Below are positions 1 through 12,039 of a stretch of DNA of 64,000 bases, piece by piece (positions within the stretch are counted from its first letter, which is position 1; each line of letters begins with the position of its first letter). Source of the DNA: Octopus vulgaris (Eukaryota); NCBI GenBank assembly GCA_951406725.2, contig OX597827.1:51956001-52020000 (forward strand), read 5' to 3'. The position numbers and the translations under genes are program-made. Under the pieces are notes generated by a model. The model had not been told where the DNA came from. It made no database searches and saw only the letters and a list, made by a program, of their open reading frames with translations.

Positions 1-796
1 GCTATTGTTTCCTCTTGCTACTGAGACACACATATACACCAACGATGAGATTGCAATCGTTTCTAATCATATCTACTCCTGTGCATAGAATACAATACTT
101 TACTTCAACCTAATTTCCAGCACATTTATAATCCCTACAAAAAGACTTTGAAAGAATCCTACATTGATAATCTAGTCTCATTTAAAAGCTCAAAAATACA
201 GTCAAAGCACATAACAATACATTTGGCATTACACTCTTTCTAAAAGCTAAAACCTTCATACATTTTATAAATTCTGGGCCTCACCTTCTTTGACAGTCAC
301 AGTCAAACCTCTATCACAAGGATTAGGTTTTTTCTTTAGGGTCAGTCAATGCATCAATCTAACAGAGCACAAGTATTCTCTGATTGTATTTATGAATCAT
401 TACATCCACTACAAAGATACACACACTCTGGACCATGTCCAAAAACAGACCTTCTATCATTTAAGAAAATCTTCACTTACCAATTACACTACAACTAGTT
501 TTGGGTCTCCTCTCTGAACTTACCTGTTGTGTATCTCCAAACTCATTTGATGCACCTACCTTGCCTCTTATCAATCTTACTGCCTAATACATCGCAGAGA
601 AATTGTTCAGTCGTGGATCCCAGAACAACTTTTTTATAGTGTTCACTCCCTGAACATCAAACTCTACCACCCAATCATCTTCTCCAGTTCAGAGTTGAGG
701 CAGGTGCAAAGGTTAAGAACACTGCTCTTCCTTTGAACTAACTGGTAAAAATCTTTTTTTTTTAATTCTCAATTTACTCGACCTACCCGTCTGACG

Positions 797-822
797 TTTT
801 CCTTTTTATTGTTTTCGTTTAG
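797..822 (+). promoter_or_regulatory. Probable 3' splice acceptor ahead of the zinc-finger coding exon
   Basis: Polypyrimidine tract ttttcctttttattgttttcgttt followed by AG at 821-822. Implies an upstream non-coding exon. Confidence 0.55.
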
Positions 823-1038
823 ATGTAGCAGTTACCTCCCTTATCGTGAGTTTCTCACATGATAATCAACCACCAAGTACATAACAGCTTATTACAGTTT
901 TATTCAAAAACTTTCAAAAATTTATCTATTTTAAAAAAACAGCAACAACAAAGCACACCAAAAATGGACAAGAAATAACAAATACTACTGACACGAAAGA
1001 AAATATAAATTTTCTTGCTGAATTCTCTTTGCATAACA

Positions 1039-4000
1039 ATGCCAACTTCTCTTCAATCCTCTCATCCTTATCTTATTCCTGCTGATGACCAATTGAAATT
1101 GGAACCTGTATCATTCACTCCCCAATCTTCACATGAAGCTTCCATTTCTACAGAGTTCCCTGCATTGGAAACCAGATTTAATGAAGCTACTTTAGGGAAT
1201 GTGACCTTTAACAACAAGCATTCATTCGAGATGAACCAACCATCTTTTAATTTACAAAAAAAGAATGATGTTATGGCTTCAACAATAGCAGCCAAAACAG
1301 AAGTGACATTATTGAATGACACCTCAACCAGTTTTAGTAATTCTTTACAAAGACTAGAGGGTGATACAAAAAGGAGTCAGTGTTCATCAACAGCTAGTAA
1401 ACACCGCTCTGTTATTTGCCAGCACTGTTTTAAGGCCTTTTATCGCACTGCTGATCTTCGTCTGCATATGCGTACCCATACTGGGGAACGGCCATTTAAG
1501 TGTGACCTTTGCCCCAAAGCATTTGCACAGACAAGTCACCTGACTAAACATCGAAGAATACATACTGGGGAACGTCCATACAAGTGTTCAATGTGTAGTT
1601 TAGCTTTCACTCAGTCAAGTAACTTAAAGAAACATGTAAGGACACACTTCAAGGCAAGCAATACCTCAAGAAATGTGATACATGGGAACATTAGCCAAAA
1701 TGATACGACTTCCAACAGTAACAGCATTCTTACAAATATCAACTCTAAAGTCCTTCATCGTTGTAAGTATTGCCTGCGTCATTTCTTCTCCAATATAGCT
1801 CTCTCTGTTCACATGAAAAAACACTTACGAACAAAGCGCTTTTCTCCAATTTCTATGCCTGGTCAGTTCTCAGTATCAACAGTTAATACATCAATGAAAG
1901 TAAACAAAACCCATCAAAATACGAAAGTAAGAATTCATAAAATAAATTCCAACTCAGCATCCTTGAAACCACATTCGGCTATATTGACTAATAACAATTA
2001 TCCTACCTCACTCTCTGTAAAATCTGCCAACAATGTCATTGACTTATGTGAACCTGAAGGCGAATCTAAAGTAAGTACCACTTCTGATTTTGACTTTCAG
2101 ATCCGCAGGAATCAACCCACATTTTCCTCAGACCAGTTTTATTCATGTAAACTGTGTCCTATTCAGTTTGTTCGACTATCTGATTTCCTCTCGCATGTTG
2201 CTCTTACTCACAATGAGCTTTTCCAGTGTAAATTGTGTCCTGCTTACTTTGCTCAGTTTTCAGATTTTACTGACCATCAACAACTGCACTGGATGGTTCT
2301 TGGACAACAGCAACAACAACAGCAGAAGCAACTTGTAAATAAGCCAAAGATTGTGAAAAATTTTAGATGTGGTTTATGCAGAATGGAATTTGTTAAAGAA
2401 GATGAATTTTCCAACCATCAGTGCCAAAAACAGCTTAGCAGAGAAAAATATCAAAGAGTTTCATCAACATCATCTATAAACTCCAATTCTTCTTCAGCCA
2501 CCCATCATTCAGATCATTTAACTCAAAACTGGAACCAGAGAATGGAACCCAAATTAGTTTCTACAATCAAAGGACGCTCACCGTTGGTTAACAAAGGGCG
2601 GAATTTTCTCAAGGATGTGTCACAAAGTGCTGCCCGTCATCGGAAAATGTCATTAGGGAGACCTTATATTTGTTCACGCTGTGGCAAAGCCTTCCTTCGT
2701 CCTGGAGACCTTCGCTTGCATATACGCACTCATACCGGAGAAAAACCATTTTCATGTGACCTCTGTCCAAAAACATTTGCTCAAACAAGCCACCTTACAA
2801 AACATCGGCGAGTCCATACTGGGGAACGTCCATATACATGTGCTTTGTGTAACCTTGCTTTTACACAATCTAGTAATCTGAAAAAACACGTTCAAACTCA
2901 CTTTAAATCTACAACTCTATGTAATAACAACACTGATAATAATAATAAAACTGGTCAAATCAATGAAGGTCTTGCCCAAAAGATAAATTATACAAATGAT
3001 CAGGAACTATCTCATAACATCCAGTACACTTCCCCAGAAGATTCTAGTCTGCCAACCCAACAATCCCAAACATTATTTGTGAAAGAAAATGATTCTTTCA
3101 AGAATACTGAACTTATTGAAAATCAGCTCAAGCATCAGTCACCTTCATCCATTATCCCTGATCTTACATCCTTAGAGTTTGAAAATGTATCATTTAGTTC
3201 CATCTCCACTACAGGAAACAACTCTGAAATTACATCATCTGCTTGTTCTTATCCAACAATTAAAGATGATATAAAATTGGATGGTCTCAATATCCAGCAG
3301 ATTAACATGAAAGAAGAAAGTGATGACATAACATTAAGAAAAAATTCACTCTCACCTCCTGCTAGAAGTGACCAAAACCAATCAGATATTCCTTTAGATG
3401 GTGTAAGTAGTTCAATGTCATCTTTTCTTGGAAGGATGCTTCCCTGCTTTTCCAATCCTGAAACCTCAAAAGATGAATCCACTGCAGAATTACAGCTTGA
3501 ATATTGTCCCAACCATCAACAACAGACACATGTGGAAATTGGCAGCAGCAAATCTCATCAAAGCATAAAACATCCTTTTAGACCAGATTCCAACCCTAAT
3601 CCAGGCATATTAACTGGATATGAGGTAAAGCCTACAGCTGAACGCCCTCACCTTTGTACTGAATGCTACAAAACATTTATACGTTCAGCAGATTTACGCA
3701 TACACATGAGAACTCATACCGGTGAACGCCCATTCTGTTGTGATATTTGCCCCAAAGCCTTCTCACAAACGAGCCACCTCATAAAACACAAACGGATTCA
3801 CACGGGGGAGCGTCCTTACAAATGTAACAAATGCAACCTTAGTTTCACTCAGTCAAATAACTTGAAAAAACATATCAAAGTGCACTTGAGAGAACAGAAA
3901 TCAAAGCAAACCGAAAGCTGTACAAACCTTTCTGAATCTTTGATTCAAGTCGAAAATCTTGAAGAAATAAATCACTCTAACTTGATTTCTATCAAGAAGG

Positions 4001-4155
4001 AAAATTCTCTAAATTCACTTTCACTCCTTCAAGACAGCGAATTCCTTGATGTAAATCTCTCAACTCAGGACCCTTTTCAAAGCTTAAAAGGTAACAACGA
4101 AAGTGAAAAATCAATAAAAGAAGAGATTACTGATAGTGTTTGTTTGCCTCAGTGA
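1039..4155 (+). CDS. C2H2 zinc-finger transcription factor (~1038 aa, about 13 fingers: three TGE(R/K)P-linked triads plus four isolated fingers)
   Basis: Uninterrupted long ORF. First ATG is at 1039, with an in-frame TAA at 1006; the track starts at TTG 1015. CxxC...HxxxH triads at 1417-1647, 2671-2901 and 3655-3885; isolated fingers CKYC, CKLC x2 and CGLC (the last ends in HQC); short poly-Q. Confidence 0.93.
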   Translation: MPTSLQSSHPYLIPADDQLKLEPVSFTPQSSHEASISTEFPALETRFNEATLGNVTFNNKHSFEMNQPSFNLQKKNDVMASTIAAKTEVTLLNDTSTSFSNSLQRLEGDTKRSQCSSTASKHRSVICQHCFKAFYRTADLRLHMRTHTGERPFKCDLCPKAFAQTSHLTKHRRIHTGERPYKCSMCSLAFTQSSNLKKHVRTHFKASNTSRNVIHGNISQNDTTSNSNSILTNINSKVLHRCKYCLRHFFSNIALSVHMKKHLRTKRFSPISMPGQFSVSTVNTSMKVNKTHQNTKVRIHKINSNSASLKPHSAILTNNNYPTSLSVKSANNVIDLCEPEGESKVSTTSDFDFQIRRNQPTFSSDQFYSCKLCPIQFVRLSDFLSHVALTHNELFQCKLCPAYFAQFSDFTDHQQLHWMVLGQQQQQQQKQLVNKPKIVKNFRCGLCRMEFVKEDEFSNHQCQKQLSREKYQRVSSTSSINSNSSSATHHSDHLTQNWNQRMEPKLVSTIKGRSPLVNKGRNFLKDVSQSAARHRKMSLGRPYICSRCGKAFLRPGDLRLHIRTHTGEKPFSCDLCPKTFAQTSHLTKHRRVHTGERPYTCALCNLAFTQSSNLKKHVQTHFKSTTLCNNNTDNNNKTGQINEGLAQKINYTNDQELSHNIQYTSPEDSSLPTQQSQTLFVKENDSFKNTELIENQLKHQSPSSIIPDLTSLEFENVSFSSISTTGNNSEITSSACSYPTIKDDIKLDGLNIQQINMKEESDDITLRKNSLSPPARSDQNQSDIPLDGVSSSMSSFLGRMLPCFSNPETSKDESTAELQLEYCPNHQQQTHVEIGSSKSHQSIKHPFRPDSNPNPGILTGYEVKPTAERPHLCTECYKTFIRSADLRIHMRTHTGERPFCCDICPKAFSQTSHLIKHKRIHTGERPYKCNKCNLSFTQSNNLKKHIKVHLREQKSKQTESCTNLSESLIQVENLEEINHSNLISIKKENSLNSLSLLQDSEFLDVNLSTQDPFQSLKGNNESEKSIKEEITDSVCLPQ

Positions 4156-4243
4156 ATATTTTCTGCTAGAAATTATGTTAATAACTTTTGTGAGTCTGTG
4201 AAACGCCAGAAGGCATCTGTAAATCGAAAATTTTCTGATGTAA

Positions 4244-4249
4244 AATAAA
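4244..4249 (+). terminator. Candidate polyadenylation signal of the zinc-finger gene
   Basis: AATAAA 89 nt after the stop codon, with U/GU-rich sequence downstream. Alternatives at 4502 and 4911. Confidence 0.4.
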
Positions 4250-4430
4250 CTTCAACAAAACAAAATCTACTGTTTAACTTTTTTGCTTTGTGACTTTTTC
4301 TTTACTGTATTGAAAGCTTCAAATTGACATGCATGGTCTGGTATAGTTAACCTAATCAATGAAAACAGAGTAGTGTTATGCATCTAGCATTTCTTTACAC
4401 ATTGATCTAAGAAAATAAGATTCCTTTCAG

Positions 4431-4673
4431 AAGTGGTTCTCAGCTGGGGACCACATGGCCCTGGGGGTCCATATAAGATTTTGTTATTAAAAATTATCTG
4501 CAATAAATCAGTTACACTTCTACAATACACTGGATGTATTAATTTTTTTTGTTATATAATTATATTTAATTCTAAAAATATATGAGATTTTGATTTCAAA
4601 TGGCTATGGAAGTTCAATAGAGTAAAATAGGAATCAAAGGTGTCCACAGGCAAAAAATAGTTGAGAACCACTG
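4431..4673. mobile_element. hAT/Charlie-like MITE
   Basis: Terminal inverted repeats aagtggttctcagc ... gttgagaaccactg (CAGTGGTTCTCAAC type); no ORF. Confidence 0.6.
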
Positions 4674-5749
4674 CTTGAAGGTGAAAAACAATAGCTGAAA
4701 AGGGATCCCAACAGATATGTGGGAGGAACAGTGCAGAATTCTTAAACTCAACAAAGTGAACTATAATTACTAAAAAATGAAATGTCCATGCAATTTCTAC
4801 CATGCATCATTAAGCAATAATATAGGCATTGAGAATTCCAGTTGCAACAGCACAGGAAAGCATTCCTGTGGTTGTAAGTTTTATCAGCAAATTCCCAATT
4901 CCAACCTTTTAATAAAACTTAGTCACACACATACTTGTAACTGGCACTAAATACAGAGTTACCTTTCCACAGTCTAGTAACCTTTAAAAAAAATTGTAAT
5001 AGACACTCTGTCCAATCCGTCTCTGGCAGGTAAAGATACTGAAATGCGCATGTGTCATTGCAGGTTTTCATATGCCAGACCTTTTCAGTTATACTTGTCT
5101 GGATCAACAAATGGTTGGAGCTTTCAGTAACACATATAGCAGTCTTCAGAACGGCTGTTAAAGTTGATGGCCAGTGTGTAAAGTTTAAAAGGACCTATAT
5201 ATTAAATTGAGCCAACCTTACTTTTAGAGTTGGAAAAGAAAAGACAAAACAAGTTGTAATTGGATCAAATGGAAGCCGCTATGTCTTTATTAGTGTACTT
5301 ACAGAGGCAGCATCCAATGTAATTTATTTGGGTATTGATAAAAGGTAAGTTGGTTGACAAGAAGGAGGTGGCCAAAAGATGAGAATGGCTATTCTTGTGT
5401 CTTTGTGTATCTATTCTATTATTGAGGTTGACCATTTCTGCATGCTGTTTAAATTTATATTTTCAATTAGTATTTTTGTATATGTGTAGATGCAGGCAGC
5501 CATGTGGTTTCAGCTTGAATCCCAATACACCTCTTGGGCAAGTGTCTTCTACTGTAGCCCCAAACTCAATAAGTAAATTTGGTAAAGGTACATTGTGCAA
5601 AAAACCCATTTGTTTGTGTGTGTGTGTGTACATCTCTGTGTTTTAGAACTAACCAGCAAGAACAGACTGACTGGATCTAGCTCTTAACATTAAGATGGTA
5701 CTCCAGCATGAGTTACTTATTTCTGTCAGATGAATGAAAGAATCTATAC

Positions 5750-6370
5750 AAGGGCTGGACTGGAAGTAATGCAAAATTAGGCATAACTTTTTTTTTTATT
5801 ATCTGGCATAGGCCATTGAAGTTGCATGTGTTGGTAGAGTAACTCTAAAAGAGTACTACTCAACATAATCTCTATTACAAGCAATGCATATGCACTGTTG
5901 TTGAACCCAGCTCTTGAATCTTTGAAAAGTTTCAGCTATCCACTGGTGTGCCCACTTCTTCACAACCACTCCCACTTCATCTTTGTTATCAAATCATTGT
6001 CTACAAAGAGTGTATATCAGTGGACGAAGGAAGTGGAGTAAGACAGAACTAAATCCAGGTCGTTTGGTAGATGGTGGATCACTGATCAACAATTTGCTGA
6101 TTGCTTGATTTGTTACCAGAAGTGTGTGGTCACACATTCCAATGATGAATGCAGATCATTTTCAAATCCTAGTCTTTTCCTTCTAAGGGTTTCTCTAAGC
6201 TTTTCTAATTCCTCAGTGTACTGCTTTCTGTTCACAGTAGAACCACATTCCAGAAAATTTAGGAGAATGATGCTCTTGTCATAAAAAAAATTTAAAAAAT
6301 CAATTACAGTAACTTTATGTGCTGATTGCTGGCTCTTGAACTCCTTAAATTTTAGAAAAGAAGTGTAACT
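5750..6370 (-). mobile_element. Degenerate mariner transposase remnant
   Basis: ORF 6113-6496 contains KVTV..FYDKSIILLNFLECGSTVNRKQYTEELEKLRETLRRKR, resembling the mariner catalytic domain. Boundaries approximate. Confidence 0.5.
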
Positions 6371-6530
6371 CCATAACGGAGTGGTTGGCATTGGGAAGGG
6401 CATCCAGCTGTCAAAACTTTGCCAGATCAGATTGGAGCCTGGTGCAGACTTTTGGCTCGCCAGTCCTCGGTCAAACCGTACAACCCATCCCAGCATGGAA
6501 AGCAGATGTTAAACGACGATGATGATATAT

Positions 6531-6705
6531 AGGCACAGGCATGGCTGTGTGGTAAGAAGCTTGCTTCCCAACCACATGGTTCCATTTTCAGTCAAACAGT
6601 GTGGCACCTTGGGCAAATGTCTTCTACTATTGCCTTGGGCTAACCAAAGCTTTGTGAGTGGATTTGGTAGATGGAAGCTGAAAGAAGTCCGTCACACACA
6701 CATGA

Positions 6706-6759
<54 letters not shown>

Positions 6760-7000
6760 TATTATTATTATAATTATTATTATTACATTATATTATATTA
6801 TATTATGTGTGTGTGTTTGTTCCCCTTCACTGCTTGACAACCAGTGTTAGTTTGTTTACGTCCCCGTAACTTAGCGTTTCGGAAAAAGATCGATACCAGG
6901 CTTAAAGAAAGTACTGTGATCGATTCATTCGACTAAAAAATTTTCAAGGTGGTGCCCCAACATGGTCACAGTCTAATGACTGAAAGAAGTAAAAGATAGA
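6531..7000 (+). mobile_element. tRNA-derived SINE, family B (internal TA/TG microsatellite)
   Basis: Head ggcatggctgtgtggtaagaagc, body ccttgggcaa..gtgagtggatttggtag, tail gactgaaagaagtaaaag. Related copies at about 22477-22630(-), 28560-28730(-), 29665-29815(-), 34620-35085(-), 35185-35320(-), 49860-50210(+), 53420-53600(+) and 62345-62455(+). Confidence 0.8.
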
Positions 7001-7924
7001 AGATATGCCTTCTTTATACCATTAATCACCGAAAAATCTCAAGGACACGTGTTTGAATACAAAGCTGCGTACATATAACACGTATTTGTGACTTTATATG
7101 ATTTGTGAAAAATTTAATTTTATGAATTTAAAAACCAATACTTCGTAAATTCCATAAAATAATTAGTGTTCACATGACATGCACAAACACCTACAAAAAA
7201 ATAGCAAGCAAGGGAGATAACAATTATATAAGCCACTATATGAGTTATCTCCCTTTATTTTCACGCTACACGACCAAATTTCATTTGAAGTTTCATAGAA
7301 TCTTGTGCAATCTCATAAAAGAGGCGGATTACCAGCATTTTTAAGTGGTTTATTTGATAATTGCAATGTATTTTTGAAATCAATCGTGACATGGTAAATT
7401 CACAAATAAAGAAAATATTTATCCACAAAATGCGGTTGAGTAGTTATTCCTACTGGGCTACTATTGTCTATACATAAAAAAGACACACGTGCATGTATGT
7501 ATATTTTACATAGATGTTTCATTAAAGACACGACTGTTTGAGTTTTGTCGATTTCATAACAGATTTTTCATACATCTGAATCAGTTTCTTATAGTCATCT
7601 AAAAGCTCTTAAATCTATATACAACGTTTCCATACCGCCACAGTCTCATTTTCAAGAATTGAAAGATCCTATTTTACTGCCGTGTTACTTCTTATATAGA
7701 GGTCGGATTTTTGTGAATTTTTCAACCAAAAGATTTTGACCACTGCGACGTAGATATTTTTAACCTTTGTATTCATATATAGTCTGACGAGCTGTCCACA
7801 AGGCTTTGGCTTTGTGGGTGCGAAACCTTGGGTAACTCTATATAAAATTTTGTTATATATACGTGTGTGTGTGTGTGTAGCGATGAAATGAAACATGTAG
7901 TATCAGAAAGCTGTAATTCTTTTC

Positions 7925-8190
7925 AGTTGGGGTCACCAGAATGTTGTGGAGTGACGGGACCGTTGGGGGTCACCAAATGCAGCGGAATGCGATGTTGAGG
8001 GATCAGTGTAAGTTTATCAGGTGTAGCAGATGATGTTAGGAGTGTTGGACCGGTATCGATGAAAAACAATGAAGAAAGAATGGGAATGCAGTTCACTAGG
8101 CCAAGAAATTTCCGCAGTTTACGGAGAGATGTGGGTGGTGGAAAATCCACGATGGCTTTGACTTTCTCTGGAAGTGGGCGACAAACATTG
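7925..8190 (-). mobile_element. Gypsy-type LTR retrotransposon pol fragment
   Basis: RPLPEKVKAIVDFPPPTSLRKLRKFLGLVN is the RT thumb/connection motif; two TGGTGACCCC PBS-like motifs on the minus strand. Confidence 0.5.
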
Positions 8191-8371
8191 GTACCGAAGT
8201 ACAGACAGAAAGATAGTCAAGTTATGTATACAATTAATTGAATCCAACTGAGTATATCATCAGCCGTTGGACTTATTCAGAAACGCACATTATATTAAAT
8301 ATACGGTCCATAATATACTCCGGAACACACAAGGAGAAGGTTCCGAGAGAGGTGGACCATAAATAAATAAT

Positions 8372-8726
8372 AACAAACGATGGATAGGTGTCAATTCATT
8401 ACAGCTCTTCCCAAAGAACTTTTTTAGTTGATTAATGAGTACATTATATCATTATTAAAAAAACCGTTTTCTTCAGATGAATACACAAACCATGCAATTG
8501 AGGACATTTAAAAACATTTTTAAAACATTTAAAATTTACGGTATGTGCATATTTTGTGATTCAACGATAATGTTTTTTTTATGTTTTTTTTTAAATGTTC
8601 TTAATTGTATTGGTCGTGTATTTATGTGAAGAAAATGTTTTTTTTATAATGATATGATGTACTCATTAATCAATTAAAAAATTCGTTGGAAACGGCTGTA
8701 ATGAATTGACACCTACCCATCGTTTG

Positions 8727-8728
<2 letters not shown>
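8372..8728. repeat. Diverged fold-back (inverted repeat) element with a decayed hammerhead
   Basis: Arms of about 150 bp (aacaaacgatggataggtgtcaattcattacagc... / ...gctgtaatgaattgacacctacccatcgtttgtt). The two arms combined give attcat-CTGAAGA...GAAAC ggct GTA-atgaat. Confidence 0.7.
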
Positions 8729-8774
<46 letters not shown>

Positions 8775-8781
8775 TTCTCAA

Positions 8782-9057
8782 ATAAGGACAGACAAACGGA
8801 ATTTGAACTCAGAACGTAGCGGCAGACGAAATACCTATTTCTTTACTACCCACAAGGGGCTAAACACAGAGAGGACAGACAAACGGATTAAGTCGATTAT
8901 ATCGACCCCAGTGCGTAACTGGTACTTATTTAATCGACTCCGTAAGGATGAAAGGCAAAGTCGACCTCGGTGGAATTTGAACTCAGAACGTAACGGCAGG
9001 CGAAATGCCGCTAAGCATTTCGCCTGGCGTGCTAACGCTTCTGCCAGCTCGCCGCCT
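8782..9057 (-). mobile_element. tRNA-derived SINE, family A (Meta-like central domain)
   Basis: Minus strand ggcggcgagctggcagaagcgttagc...gttcaaattcc..gaggtcgactttgcctttcatcc, with a partial tandem duplication. Confidence 0.8.
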
Positions 9058-9379
9058 TAAGTCCATTAATTCATACCACCGCCTCCTTCTTTCAGAGAAG
9101 TTTCCAACTGATAAGTTTAAATTTGTTATGCTGATGTGGTGAAATTCAAAGTTGACAGTCTTTATAAAGAGTTACACTTATTATTAAGGGTGACTGCGTG
9201 TTAGGAGCGTTTTTCTTTTCTTTTCTTTTTTTTTTAGTGAGTAGTAGGATGGGAGAATATACAACTATTAAGACGACGCTATTAATAATATTAGAGATGG
9301 AAGGTTAGAGGAGAAGATATAAACCAAGCTTTTACAATTCAGATTTAATTGAATAATAATTTATTGTTGGATTATGAAG

Positions 9380-9990
9380 CGTCAGCCTGTCTAAGGGTTG
9401 AATAATACCTGTGTCAACAAGAGAAGATAACACCTGAAAACCTATTTAACATTGAAGAATTATACACACGTAGAATATTTAATGATTCTTTAATACAGGG
9501 TTTACATTTACGTGTATATGAATTGAAAGGTGGTGTGCTTCTGTTACTATTGACCAGGATAGTTTGTACTGTATATTTTGTACTTTGAGATTACGAATAC
9601 ATGTAGCTAGTGAAGTGGAAAATTTAGTTTTGAGGTTAATAAAAGAATTAATATGTGCACGATATCTACACTTAAAGTCTACCGTGTTCCCAATATATAT
9701 AATTTCCTTGTGGTTTCGGGGTGTCATCACAGTGCATTTATACATCACATTTTTGCGGAAGCAAAAACCTTCAAGAGGGCATAAATTGGATGCACGACAG
9801 CTACAGGATTTTTTGTTTGTTTTATAGTTAGAGTATATTCTTTTTAAGGCTAATTTAGGTTGACATGTCGTCGGTGAGGGTGGGTCTAAATCGGAGTTAG
9901 AATCATATTTCTTTTGATAATATCAATATGATTACAAAATTTTTATGTAGACGATATTTTCTGTTTGGTCGACACTAATTTTCAAATTAG
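9380..9990 (-). mobile_element. Penelope-like element fragment (GIY-YIG endonuclease region)
   Basis: CSCRASNLCPLEGFC..NVMYKCTV...IYIGNTVDFKCRYRAHINSF...TSLA..I..LK...WSIV: Cys linker plus GIY-YIG motifs typical of Penelope-like elements. Degenerate. Confidence 0.75.
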
Positions 9991-10336
9991 AGGAGTCCAT
10001 TGCTTTACTCATAGCCACGTATAACTGGCCGTGTGTAAACTGCGGAGTGGGTAAAAATACACCTATACGATCTAAAGTCTGGCCCCGCGTATTGTTTGCT
10101 GAGAATGCGCGAGCAGAATCTTTAGGAATCTGCCCATTTACGATGGGAAATAAATGGCTAGTATCGCAAATCTAAACCCTCTAAATTCACGAACTATACG
10201 TGGTGGGAGAATCCAGAGTCATCCTCGACGCCGGAATTTTGACAAAAAAAAAATCAAAGATGATTTATTTATACAAAACTCTATATCGGTTATTGTTCAG
10301 TTTATGAACTTAAAAAAAAAAAGTAAATAAAAATTA

Positions 10337-10716
10337 AGGGAAGTGGGTCTTCGGCAGAATAAAGAGTTTCTAAGAAATGTTTTTTAGTGGAAGTACCTGA
10401 TCGTTCTGAACAGACTTTGACAGCATTAATTCAACGATGGATTCTGCTAGGGAGTCACATCGTAAGTGATGGCAGCCGATCATACCATAATATTGGAATC
10501 TTAAATGGTGGCGCATACACTCACGAGGTGATTGTACATGAAGAAAATTTCGGAAACATGCCGATGCGTGTTAAACGCAAATCACGCCGTCAATTCGGCA
10601 CTTCTGAGGCGTTGTTTCTTTCGTATTTGCACGAATTTATATGGCATAATTCGGTGGAGAAGAATAACATATTTGTTCACTGTTTGGATGCTGTATCAGC
10701 TGTGTATGCAGTGTGA
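10337..10716 (+). mobile_element. Merlin (IS1595/ISXO2-like) DDE transposase fragment
   Basis: KWVFG...VEVPDRSEQTLTALIQRWI..GSHIVSDG..SY...HEVIVHEENF...SYLHEFIW, with an internal deletion. Confidence 0.7.
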
Positions 10717-12039
10717 TTAAAAGTACTTTCCTTTGCTGCTTTTTTATTAGTTATCTCACCCTTAATTTTTATTTACTGTTTTTTACGCCCGTAATCTGAA
10801 CAATTACATTCAATATCCGCTTCTTCACATTTTTTTTTTTCGCTAAAAACTTTTCTGATTACTTCTTTCGTAATCCCGAAAAACACCGTGACCATTAGTC
10901 CAGCCGTCTGACCGCAAAAAGGAAACAGACAAACAGATGGACATAACGCCTATTATAGTACGATATAACAAAAAACAAAAAGAAACATGAAACGACACGA
11001 TACTTTCGAACTGAAAGAATTTTATTAACATTTTGCACGTCCATCGACTTTCCAACGACGGACTATTTGCACACATAAACAATTTGTTTTCTTATCCTTT
11101 TGTTATATGACCTCCAAACGAAAGGAGCTAAACATGCCTATTTCCAACAAGCGATACCTGATTTCGAAAAATATGCAGCCTAAGAAGAACACCTTATGTA
11201 CACCGCCGCACATCGTCAAACACAAGAAGAGAAGAAAAAAAACGAAAACTCACACATACACAAACAAAATAAAAAAAAGAGAAAAAATGTAACTTTCTCA
11301 ATAAACTCCCGGTAAATCTAATCTTTGCAAACACTGCAAGTTTACATTCGCGATGAAGTTCTGTAATCAAATAATTACTTCGCTCACAGCTTTGCTCACA
11401 TCAGGATTAAGCTGCCGAAAATATGGAAGCCCGACATGGAAAACAATCTAAAAGCGAAAACAACCTTGATCTCTCGTCCATATACACTACGTAGGCATAT
11501 TCTTTTGCGTTTCCACTTGAGCACCGGTATCTCAGCAACGAACTCTTTGTATATTAGCTTGTCTTTCCATTCATTCATGTACATCACATGCCTTTTCAGA
11601 TTGTAGTTTCATTTTTTTTTTTTTTTTTGCTTTGTTTGCACATACCCCCACTTTACTTTTGTCACGAACACGAATGATCCTCTTCCAATATACCAAAACG
11701 AATATCAAAATATCTCCTCTACTACTGTACGCACTTTTTCGTCTTCTCTCACCTGTACACTTGAAAACATGACAACAGCTAAATTTCGTTTTGTTGACAA
11801 TAATTTTTGCTCTGCAAATTTCCTGTCGATCACACGATAGCATGCTTGTAACCTTGTAACGTAATTATGTTCAACTTTAATGCCTCATTCGTGTCCATTT
11901 GCAACCGACGTTTAATTTGCATGCATGCACGTTTTTATGGTGTCCCATTCTCTCCGATTGCCTACGCACTATCCATTACGCTTGCGCACACACATCACCC
12001 ATTGTTCTTTTGCCATGCAATGGTTTTCGCTACCCACTT

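Noticed and set aside
10337-10716. Bacterial IS1595 insertion or contamination
   Set aside because: Eukaryotic Merlin transposases share this domain, and the fragment is decayed and embedded in host repeats.
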